DNA from: Deltaproteobacteria bacterium
Lineage (GTDB): Bacteria; Myxococcota_A; Polyangia; Fen-1088
Reading direction: 5' to 3'
Length of the DNA stretch: 64,000 nucleotides
Assembly: GCA_033763315.1 (NCBI GenBank)
Contig: JANRKS010000001.1
Location: forward strand, 128,001-192,000
Part shown: in pieces, positions 56,227 through 64,000 of the stretch
How the letters are laid out: the number at the start of each line of letters is the position of its first letter
How positions within the stretch are numbered: the stretch's first letter is position 1
Notes under the pieces: generated by a model
Seen by the model: only the letters and a program-made list of their open reading frames with translations
Told to the model about the DNA's origin: nothing
Database searches by the model: none
Made by a program: the position numbers and the translations under genes

Positions 56227-57654
56227 ATGAAACTCATTGGACGCAGGAACTTCATCTCGGGTCTGAGTTTAGGTGGCGGTGCCACTGTGCTGTTGCCACT
56301 CTGTCGTCGCTTGATCAAGCAAGCCCAAGGCGCCACAGCAGACGATCGCCGCGCTTTCTTCATTACGACGAATCAAGGCTGGAGCACTGAGGCGGATGAT
56401 CGCATGGTGACGGGGCCTGGCTATAAACCCGGCGCGAACAGCATGATGTTCAAATCAAACGTTCGGTCAGAATCCGATTGGGATCTGCCGGCCATGTTCG
56501 AGCCGCTCAAGGCGCATCAAAAGCAGATGACCGTGCTGTTCGGCTTCAAGAATTTCATGAATTCAGGCGGCGCACCCCACGGCAGCGGCATGTCAACTCT
56601 CACAGGCACGGCGGTGCTAAATCCTGATGAAGACGGATCGCCTCCGGGGTCAATCTCGATCGATCGCTTCTTGGGCAAAGAGCTCAAGCAACGCCATGGC
56701 GATCTCGTTGACTCAACCAATATGGCCACGCTCATGTACGGGCAGTACCAAACAAGCACCAGCGCTGATGGCAAGGGCAAAGCGGCCGATGCCTTCGCGA
56801 CGCCCGTGAAAGCCTACGCGGCCTACTTTGGTGCGGCCACCAACCTGACACCACGACAGGTGGAATCCACGTTGGCGCTGGACAAAAGCCTCTGGGACGG
56901 GCTGACCGCCGACATTGATCGCGTCCGAATGAAGCTGGCAGGCTTTGAGCGACAAAAACTGGATCAGGCGCTTGAATCAGCGCGCGCCTTGGAAATGAAA
57001 TTGGCCGCCCGCGCGCAGATGCCCACAACTTCACAGAAGCCCATCGCGCCCAAGCACAACGAAGGCACGCTGACGAATGCCACGGTGCAGGGATTTGTCG
57101 ATGTATCGGTGCAGGCGCATACGTTTGGCCTCACCCATGTCTCTCACGTTGCAATGCATGGTTACAACACCGAGTCCGACAGCCGCCGTTCGGTCATTCC
57201 TGACATTCGCGAAGACGACACGCACAACCGCGTATTTCACGGTGACCAAGGCAATTACGCTACCATTGAGGAGCGCGAGGCCGACGTGCGCAAGATCAAC
57301 GTCTGGCAGTCCAAACAGGTGGCCCGCATTCTAGAGCAACTTGCCGCCGCACCCGGCAGCGCGGGCACCTTGGCGGACGACACGCTCATCGTGTGGATCA
57401 ACGCTGGTGGCTATATGCACCACCGCGGCCACTTCAACCATCCTGTGGTAATGATTGGCAATTTGCACGGCAAGATTCGCGCGCCGTTGTGGATGGATCT
57501 CACGCAGTACGTTTCAGGCCAGCTCTACCGGCTTGAAGGCAAACGCCACATTTGCGACGCCTACGTCACGATCGCCAACGCGCTGAATGTGCCCATCACC
57601 AGCTTCGGCGACGCCAGCCTGTGCAAAGGCGCCGTGCCGGGCGTGTTGGCCTAA
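56227..57654 (+). CDS. DUF1552 domain protein with Tat-like N-terminus
   Basis: RRNFISGL; SISIDRFL; GTLADDTLIVW; directly follows the DUF1592 gene, as is typical. Confidence 0.85.
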   Translation: MKLIGRRNFISGLSLGGGATVLLPLCRRLIKQAQGATADDRRAFFITTNQGWSTEADDRMVTGPGYKPGANSMMFKSNVRSESDWDLPAMFEPLKAHQKQMTVLFGFKNFMNSGGAPHGSGMSTLTGTAVLNPDEDGSPPGSISIDRFLGKELKQRHGDLVDSTNMATLMYGQYQTSTSADGKGKAADAFATPVKAYAAYFGAATNLTPRQVESTLALDKSLWDGLTADIDRVRMKLAGFERQKLDQALESARALEMKLAARAQMPTTSQKPIAPKHNEGTLTNATVQGFVDVSVQAHTFGLTHVSHVAMHGYNTESDSRRSVIPDIREDDTHNRVFHGDQGNYATIEEREADVRKINVWQSKQVARILEQLAAAPGSAGTLADDTLIVWINAGGYMHHRGHFNHPVVMIGNLHGKIRAPLWMDLTQYVSGQLYRLEGKRHICDAYVTIANALNVPITSFGDASLCKGAVPGVLA

Positions 57655-57672
57655 GCACCCGCGGCCGCGCGG

Positions 57673-58578
57673 CTATGTGGTGGCGCGCGCCTTGGCCGCT
57701 TTGTCCGCGCGCAGGACGGCGTCGATGGCGGGCTTGGCGTTGCCTTTGGGCGTGAATTCAAGCCCCACGGGACCTGTGTAGCCGACGCTTGCGATCACGC
57801 TCAGCACGTGGCCAAAATTGATCTCCCCCGTTTCAGGCTCATGCCGCCCGGGGTGATCGGCGATCTGAAAGTAGCCGATGAGATCCTTGTATTTGGGGAT
57901 GTTGCCCGAAAGGTTCCCCTCGGAGATCTGCTGGTGATACACGTCGAACAAGATCTTGATGTTGGGCGAATTGACGGCCGTGATGATCTCCGCGGCATGA
58001 TCCGAACGGAACACGAAGGAGCCTGGGTGATCCACCAAAGGGTTCAACGGTTCCAAGATCAACGTGATGTTGTCTTTCGCCACAACTTCCGCAGCGGCCT
58101 TGAGCGACGTGATCACTTCTGCGGTTTGTTGTTCGCGTGATACGTCTTTGCGGTTCATGCCCGCCACCACGGTCATCATCTTGACTCCCAGATCCTTGGC
58201 TTTGCTTATGGCGGTGGGCAAGTTCTTCAGGAACTTGGCACGGTCGTCGGGGCCGTTGAGCCCCCACCCCGCGATGAACTGCACCGGGGTCAGCTTGCGT
58301 TCGGCGCACAAAGCTGCGATGGCGGCGATGTCCTTATCGTTGTGGCCCCAGAACTCGAAGTGAGACAGGCCGTGATCTCCCACGGCCTTGAGCCGATCAA
58401 GAAACGGTTTGTCCTTCCAGAACATCTCCACGTTCACCGCGTACGTAAGATAGGTGGAGAGCTTCTTTGTTGGCGCTTTGCGTGCGGCGTGTGCCTGTGA
58501 GGCCTGCGCCAGCAAGGCGGCGCTGGCCGAAGAGGCAGCAAGCAAGGTGCGACGGTCGAACCCGGGACGGTTAGCCAT
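57673..58578 (-). CDS. hydroxypyruvate isomerase-like TIM barrel with Tat signal
   Basis: DRRTLL; LILEPLN...DHPG; LFDVYHQQISEG; QIADHPGRHEPETGEIN; VGLEF. Confidence 0.9.
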   Translation of the reverse strand: MANRPGFDRRTLLAASSASAALLAQASQAHAARKAPTKKLSTYLTYAVNVEMFWKDKPFLDRLKAVGDHGLSHFEFWGHNDKDIAAIAALCAERKLTPVQFIAGWGLNGPDDRAKFLKNLPTAISKAKDLGVKMMTVVAGMNRKDVSREQQTAEVITSLKAAAEVVAKDNITLILEPLNPLVDHPGSFVFRSDHAAEIITAVNSPNIKILFDVYHQQISEGNLSGNIPKYKDLIGYFQIADHPGRHEPETGEINFGHVLSVIASVGYTGPVGLEFTPKGNAKPAIDAVLRADKAAKARATT

Positions 58579-58725
58579 GCGTGCACCTTACAAAGGGCGT
58601 ATCGCCCAAGCCAAGTGCATTGTGTAAAGGCGCACACGCTTTTACTCGCTGTTTGCCCAATCGTGCGTGGACTTGCGTCTTGGATGTTTGGCGCCTACGC
58701 TGGCTTTGTCTCGGTGGATGGGGCA

Positions 58726-59274
58726 TTGGCAGACAAAAGCACAGGGGCGATCCCCACAATAGGTTGGCGGGAAATGGTAACGCTGCCGGCGCTCGGGGTG
58801 GGCACCATCAAGGCGAAGGTCGACACCGGTGCACGCACGTCCGCGCTTGACGCGGATGAGGTGGAAATTCTACGGGCGGGGCGCACGCCCTTGGTCACAT
58901 TCACGGTGCCCCATGAGCAGGATGGAAAAACCATTCGCACCCGGTGCGAGGAACCTTTGTTGGCCGAGCGTTGGATTATCAGTTCCGATGGCCGGCGCGA
59001 ATTTCGTCCGGTCATTCAGACGGAACTGCAATTGGGCGACCAGGTTTGGTCCATCGAAGTCACTTTGACGTCGCGGGCCGCGATGGGCTTTCACATGTTG
59101 CTTGGCCGCGAAGCGATTCGAAAACGTTTCCTTGTTGACCCCGGACGTTCATTTTTGTCACGTGGGAAAAAGAAAACCGCCGGCAAGTCAAAGGTCAAAA
59201 AGCGGCGCGTGAAAAAGTTTGCTAGCACCGTGTCCCCGGCAGCAAAGCCGGCCACGAAAGCACCGACGCAATGA
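58726..59274 (+). CDS. RimK-associated putative protease (RimB/retropepsin-like)
   Basis: [36 protein letters not shown]; ATGA overlap with rimK. Start uncertain. Confidence 0.9.
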   Translation: MADKSTGAIPTIGWREMVTLPALGVGTIKAKVDTGARTSALDADEVEILRAGRTPLVTFTVPHEQDGKTIRTRCEEPLLAERWIISSDGRREFRPVIQTELQLGDQVWSIEVTLTSRAAMGFHMLLGREAIRKRFLVDPGRSFLSRGKKKTAGKSKVKKRRVKKFASTVSPAAKPATKAPTQ

Positions 59275-60173
59275 AGATTGGCATTTTGTCTCGTAAGGCG
59301 TCCCTGTATTCCACGCGGCGCTTGGTGGCGGCTGGCCTCGCGCGCGGCCACGAGGTTCGCGTAATTGATTATTCGCGTTGCTACATGAACATCACCTCGC
59401 ACAAGCCGCAGGTGTTGTTGGCGGGCGAACCATTGACCTTCGACTGCGTGATCCCTCGCATCGGTGCGTCGATGACGTTTTATGGCACCGCCGTGGTTCG
59501 GCAATTCGAGATGATGGGCGTGTTTGCCGCCAACGAATCACAAGCCATCTCGCGCTCGCGTGACAAGTTGCGTGCATTGCAGTTGCTGGCACGCGCGGGC
59601 GTGGGCTTACCCGTCACAAGCTTTGCGCGATCAACGAAAGACATCGCGGGTCTCATCGACATCGTGGGTGGCGCGCCGTTGGTGATCAAGCTGTTGGAAG
59701 GCACGCAAGGCAAGGGCGTGGTGTTGGCTGAGACACGCAAGGCCGCTGAATCTGTGGTGTCGGCCTTTCGTCAGATGGACGCCAATATCTTGGTGCAAGA
59801 ATTCATCAAAGAAGCGGGCGGGGCGGACATTCGTGCCTTTGTTGTGGATGGCAAGATCGTCGCCGCCATGAAGCGACAAGGGCCCGAAGGTGACTTTCGT
59901 TCAAATTTGCACCGCGGCGGCACGGCATCGCCCGTGAAGCTCACACCCGAAGAGCGCGCCACCGCCTTACGTGCGGCGAAGGTTCTTGGCCTCAGCGTTT
60001 CAGGGGTTGATCTGCTGCGATCAAAACACGGTCCTTTGGTGATGGAAGTGAATTCTTCACCTGGGCTCGAAGGCATCGAGAAAGCCAGCGGCAAAGATGT
60101 GGCGGGCGCCGTGATCGATTTTCTCGAGAAGACCGCACGCTTTGGCGCAACGAAAGACAAGATCAAAGGTTAG
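59271..60173 (+). CDS. rimK: RimK alpha-L-glutamate ligase
   Basis: MKIGILSR...[51 protein letters not shown]. Confidence 0.96.
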   Translation: MKIGILSRKASLYSTRRLVAAGLARGHEVRVIDYSRCYMNITSHKPQVLLAGEPLTFDCVIPRIGASMTFYGTAVVRQFEMMGVFAANESQAISRSRDKLRALQLLARAGVGLPVTSFARSTKDIAGLIDIVGGAPLVIKLLEGTQGKGVVLAETRKAAESVVSAFRQMDANILVQEFIKEAGGADIRAFVVDGKIVAAMKRQGPEGDFRSNLHRGGTASPVKLTPEERATALRAAKVLGLSVSGVDLLRSKHGPLVMEVNSSPGLEGIEKASGKDVAGAVIDFLEKTARFGATKDKIKG

Positions 60174-60195
60174 GCGTTGTGGCGTGGCCACCGCT

Positions 60196-61035
60196 TCAGG
60201 CCAGGCGCGAAGGGCGGCGCGGCTGCCAATGATCGCGCAACACATCCCCCGTTAAGTTGCAGGCCAACACGATCACGCCCAGGGTCAGCCCTGGTGCCAC
60301 GCTTATGTGGCTGCTGCTCCACAAGTACGTGGTGCCTTGCGCGAGCAAAGCGCCCAGCGTGTAAGGCAGCTGCGGGCCCAAGCCTAGAAACGACAAGCTT
60401 GCTTCGGCCAGCATGACGCTGGCAAAGCCATACGTGGCTTGCACCACCAGCGTGCTCATCAAGTTTGGAAGGATGTGCCGCCCAAGCAACCAGGCTTCGC
60501 CGGCGCCTGCCAGCCGCGACGCCAATACGAATTCCTTTTGTCGTAGGGCCAACGCTTCACCGCGTGCGACCCGGGCATAGGAGACCCACCCTGTCAAAGA
60601 CAAGGCGAAGATCAAGTGCGGTACACCGGGCCGCGCCATCAACGCCACCAACGCCAGGTTCAAGATGATCCCCGGAAAGGCAAGCAGCACGTCAACCACG
60701 CGCATGGCGCCCTCATCAAGCCACCCGCCACGCAACCCCACCCAGGCACCCAACGTGGCGCCGACAAGCACGCTAATGATCGTTGTGCAGGTGGCGATCC
60801 ACAGCGACAGCCGCATGCCGTGCAACAACATCGATAACAGATCGATGCCGTTTTCATCGGTGCCGAGTAACGCCGCACCTCCCGGCGGCGCCAGCGCGCG
60901 CCCTAGGTTAAGTGCCGTGGGCGACGCGGGCGCCAACCACGGGCCCAGCACTGCCAGCGCAACATAAGTGCACAGCAAGCCAACGCCCACAACGCCTGCA
61001 GGGTGTTGCCACCAGCGCGCCCGCGTGTGCGTCAT
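60196..61035 (-). CDS. peptide/nickel ABC transporter permease (DppC/OppC-like)
   Basis: LLGTDENG, LLAFPGI, EFVLASRLAGA, HILPN, EASLSFLGLG. Confidence 0.92.
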   Translation of the reverse strand: MTHTRARWWQHPAGVVGVGLLCTYVALAVLGPWLAPASPTALNLGRALAPPGGAALLGTDENGIDLLSMLLHGMRLSLWIATCTTIISVLVGATLGAWVGLRGGWLDEGAMRVVDVLLAFPGIILNLALVALMARPGVPHLIFALSLTGWVSYARVARGEALALRQKEFVLASRLAGAGEAWLLGRHILPNLMSTLVVQATYGFASVMLAEASLSFLGLGPQLPYTLGALLAQGTTYLWSSSHISVAPGLTLGVIVLACNLTGDVLRDHWQPRRPSRLA

Positions 61036-62018
61036 GGCGCCGCCGCCGGTGAGCGCAAGCGCGGATCCACCAGCGTGTACGTGACGTCCACGAGCAGGTT
61101 GATGGCAAGGTAACTGAGCGCCATCACCAAAACGGCGCCCTCGATGACTTTCCAATCGCGCACCGCCAGCGCATCCAGCAGCAAGGTGCCAAGGCCTGGT
61201 CGCCCAAACACGCGTTCGGTCACGATGGCGCCGCCCAACAGACCCGCCACTTGCATGCCTGCCATCGTGATCATGGGCAGCAGAGCCGGGCGCAACAGAT
61301 GCCTGCGCAAGGCTTGGCTTCGGCTCAAGCCTTTGGCGATGGCGGTGCGCATGAAGTCTTCGTTTGTCAGGTCGAACAAAGACGCACGCAGCAGGCGTGT
61401 GAGCAGCGCCGCCATGTGAATGCCCAAGGTCAACGCGGGCAACACCAGCGCGGCCGCCGTGCTGGGATCATCAGCAGGTCCAGGAAACCAGTGCCACTGT
61501 ACATAGAACCAGCGCAGCAGCAGCGGCCCCAACCACAGCGATGGCACAGCCAAACCCAGCACCGCGAACACGCTGGCCGCGGCGTCCCACCAGCTTTGTG
61601 GCCGCCACGCTGACAAAAGCGCGAGCGGGACCGCCACCGCCAACGCAAACGACACCGCAGCCAACGCCAAACTGAAAGTAAATGGAAACGCACGGCCGAT
61701 GAGTGAAGCAACGGTGGTTTGCGGATCACGGCATGAGTGTCCAAGCGTTCCATTAAACAAACTCGCTGCGAACGCGGCCAACGCTTGCGGTACGCTTTGG
61801 TCTAATCCGAGGCAATGCTGCATGGCCGCGCGGTCCACCGCCTGCGCTTGATCGCCCAGCATGGCGTCCACAGGATCACCGGGCACAAGATGCTTAAGTG
61901 CAAACACCAAGAGCAACACGCCACACATGGCCACCACGGCGCCTGTGGCACGGCGTGCAATGCGATTCGCCAACGGCCGACGCTGCAAGGTTGCAAAGGA
62001 TCGCGAAGCTTGTGGCAT
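61032..62018 (-). CDS. peptide/nickel ABC transporter permease (DppB/OppB-like)
   Basis: LVPGDP, EDFMRTAIAKGL, GGAIVTERVF, DPRLR. Confidence 0.92.
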   Translation of the reverse strand: MPQASRSFATLQRRPLANRIARRATGAVVAMCGVLLLVFALKHLVPGDPVDAMLGDQAQAVDRAAMQHCLGLDQSVPQALAAFAASLFNGTLGHSCRDPQTTVASLIGRAFPFTFSLALAAVSFALAVAVPLALLSAWRPQSWWDAAASVFAVLGLAVPSLWLGPLLLRWFYVQWHWFPGPADDPSTAAALVLPALTLGIHMAALLTRLLRASLFDLTNEDFMRTAIAKGLSRSQALRRHLLRPALLPMITMAGMQVAGLLGGAIVTERVFGRPGLGTLLLDALAVRDWKVIEGAVLVMALSYLAINLLVDVTYTLVDPRLRSPAAAP

Positions 62019-62051
62019 CCGCTTGCGCGCCGTCTTGTCCGCCGTAGGAGT

Positions 62052-62579
62052 TTACGTTGGCTCTTTGGGCGCGCAGAACCGGGCGCGGCCCAAGTCTTTC
62101 GGATCAAGGGAACTCGATCCGTGCTCTCCCACGTAGCGGCATTCGTAACCGCCGCGGCAATCGCCGTTGCCGCCACACTTAAGCGCGCAGTAACGTCGTT
62201 CGGCGGCGCGTGGCGAACAAAGGCCACCCTCGAGGCAGATCTCGTCTGCGCCGCAATCGTTGGTGCTTACGTCTTCGGTGGCGGGATCGCACGCTTGGCT
62301 CAGAAACTTCGCGGGAAAGAACCGCACACACATCGCTTCGTCGGGGCACGACGTCCGGCTGCAGCCTTCGATCGTGCAATACCCACCCGGTTGCGAGATG
62401 TCACAGGGGCGGTTGCCTTCGGTGCTGCAATCGATGTTTGTTTTGCAGCTGTCACCAATGTCGTTGCCGCACGCCAAGCTTGTGAAGGCAAGCCCCACGC
62501 AGAGGGCAAGGCGCAAGGGCCACCCGGTCACGCGGGCGGCGGGGGCGATAACAACAGATAGGGCAGCGGCTAACGGCAC
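62052..62579 (-). CDS. small Cys-rich lipoprotein
   Basis: Lipobox SLAC; IGDSC...PGGYCTIEGC...CRGGYEC. Confidence 0.75.
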   Translation of the reverse strand: MPLAAALSVVIAPAARVTGWPLRLALCVGLAFTSLACGNDIGDSCKTNIDCSTEGNRPCDISQPGGYCTIEGCSRTSCPDEAMCVRFFPAKFLSQACDPATEDVSTNDCGADEICLEGGLCSPRAAERRYCALKCGGNGDCRGGYECRYVGEHGSSSLDPKDLGRARFCAPKEPT

Positions 62580-62655
62580 CCCGCGGTTTTAGCCCCGGGG
62601 TGGCCGAAGAGCAACCCAGCACGTGCGAACCCCACCTGCTAATTTCGGCAGCCTG

Positions 62656-63177
62656 ATGCCCCCAACCTTACCCTTACACCCACGGGCCCCCGTTACGGCC
62701 TATGTGGCGTTGGGGGCCAACCTGGGCGATCGGCTCGCAAATTTGCAGGCCTCCTGCGCGGGTTTGGCTGCGGCGGGTGTGCACATCGAAGCGCGCTCCG
62801 AGGTGTTTGAAACCGACGCCGTGGCCAGCGATGAACAGCCGGCATACCTCAATGCCGCGATCCGCGTGCGAACCACGCTTGCGCCCCAGGGCTTGCTGGC
62901 CTTGGCCATGGACGTTGAGCGGCAGCTCGGGCGGCAGCGCAGCCGGGCCACGCGGTGGGCGCCACGCACCGCCGACATCGATCTGCTGCTTTACGAAGGC
63001 GTCACTATGGACGCCGACGGCCTAACGTTGCCTCACCCGCGTTTGCTTGAGCGTGCCTTCGTGCGCGTTCCCCTGGCACAAGTGGCGCGGCCAGGTTTGC
63101 GCCATCCCACGAGTGGTGAACGCCTTGATGAAGCGATTGCCTCTGCCGGCGTGCGCGTGTGGCCAGGCCATTTGTGA
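62656..63177 (+). CDS. folK: 2-amino-4-hydroxy-6-hydroxymethyldihydropteridine pyrophosphokinase
   Basis: AYVALGANLGDR, YLNA, RWAPRTADIDLL, LPHPRLLERAFV. Confidence 0.95.
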   Translation: MPPTLPLHPRAPVTAYVALGANLGDRLANLQASCAGLAAAGVHIEARSEVFETDAVASDEQPAYLNAAIRVRTTLAPQGLLALAMDVERQLGRQRSRATRWAPRTADIDLLLYEGVTMDADGLTLPHPRLLERAFVRVPLAQVARPGLRHPTSGERLDEAIASAGVRVWPGHL

Positions 63178-63218
63178 CCGGGCCCATCCACGGCCACCGT
63201 CGGCTATGCTGCGGCACC

Positions 63219-64000
63219 ATGGCGCGCGTTTTCGGTTTGTGTGTGGCAGCTGGCTTGTTTGCAGCCTGTGGAGGCGACGAAGCCGCCTACGATGGCCCGC
63301 GCGTTCCGCTTAAAGTGATGACGCGCAACCTGTATTTGGGCGCAGACATCACCGACGTGGTGTTGTCGCCCTCCGTTGAACAGGTGCCCGCACGCGCTGC
63401 CGCGTTTTGGGCCGAGGTTGTGCGCAGCGATTTCCCTGCCCGCGCGAAGCTCCTGGCCGATGAGATTATGGCCACGTCGCCCGATGTGATTGGGTTGCAG
63501 GAGGTCGAGATCTTCCGCCAACAGGTGCCCAGCGATTTTGCGGCCGCGCCCGGGGTCAACGCCACCGTTGTGGCCTACGATTTTTTGGCGCTTCTGTTGG
63601 AAGAAGTGGCCGCGCGCGGGCAGCCCTACAACGTGGTGCTTGAAAACACGTTGAGTGACGTCGAATTGCCAACCGCCTTGCCCGATGGTGGCTTGATGGA
63701 TCTGCGCATGACGGATCGCGATGTGATGCTGGCCAAGCCCGGCGTGGTGACAGCGCCGCTGGCAAAGGCGGCGTTCACCAACTTCTTGGCTGTGAACGTG
63801 GGTGGGGCAGCGGGGCCGCGTGTCGAAGTCAAACGCGGTTACGCCACAGCCAACGTCACGATGCCCAGCGCCGTGGGCGCAGCCACGTTCATCTGGGGCA
63901 ACGCGCATCTGGAGGTGGGCGGGCCACTCAAAGCGTTCCAAGAGCCGCAGGCCGATGAACTTGTGCGGCTGATGAAGCCTATCTCTGGGCCCATGATTTT
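63219..64000 (+). CDS. endonuclease/exonuclease/phosphatase-family lipoprotein, 5' part (runs off the window)
   Basis: Hand translation: MARVFGLCVAAGLFAAC...VMTRNLYLGAD...PDVIGLQEV...TDRDVML...NAHLE. Not in the ORF track. Confidence 0.85.
   Translation, partial: MARVFGLCVAAGLFAACGGDEAAYDGPRVPLKVMTRNLYLGADITDVVLSPSVEQVPARAAAFWAEVVRSDFPARAKLLADEIMATSPDVIGLQEVEIFRQQVPSDFAAAPGVNATVVAYDFLALLLEEVAARGQPYNVVLENTLSDVELPTALPDGGLMDLRMTDRDVMLAKPGVVTAPLAKAAFTNFLAVNVGGAAGPRVEVKRGYATANVTMPSAVGAATFIWGNAHLEVGGPLKAFQEPQADELVRLMKPISGPMI

Noticed and set aside
1-64000. CRISPR array, rRNA, tRNA, integrase or transposase
   Set aside because: No regularly spaced repeats, cloverleaf/T-loop signatures or recombinase motifs seen by eye. 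A covariance-model scan was not possible.

Overview
GC-rich bacterial chromosomal window, most likely Myxococcota (Polyangia-like). The assignment is inferred from a MYXO-CTERM protein, Cys-rich CxDGVCC lipoproteins, HRD[IV][ST]PxN Ser/Thr kinases, an FHA-sigma54 activator, a DUF1592/DUF1552 pair and DAG-rich linkers. The first ~7.8 kb is accessory: three PIN/VapC toxins, a vapBC cassette bounded by a 40-bp direct repeat that duplicates the neighbouring gene's start, and gene remnants. The rest holds about 45 genes for signalling, envelope/lipoproteins and metabolism (cN-II nucleotidase, rimK, dpp-type permeases, folK, comEA). I saw no rRNA, tRNA, CRISPR array, integrase or transposase. Best leads: (1) a compact module at 14.1-17.8 kb made of an FHA activator with a non-canonical GAHSQA loop, a palindromic enhancer-like site, a variant -24/-12 promoter, a 63-aa microprotein and a V4R-like sensor kinase; (2) the repeat-flanked, integrase-free vapBC cassette; (3) many apparently leaderless genes; (4) an orphan RPH-like PEP-utilising enzyme. 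All calls come from reading motifs by eye; no database searches were run.
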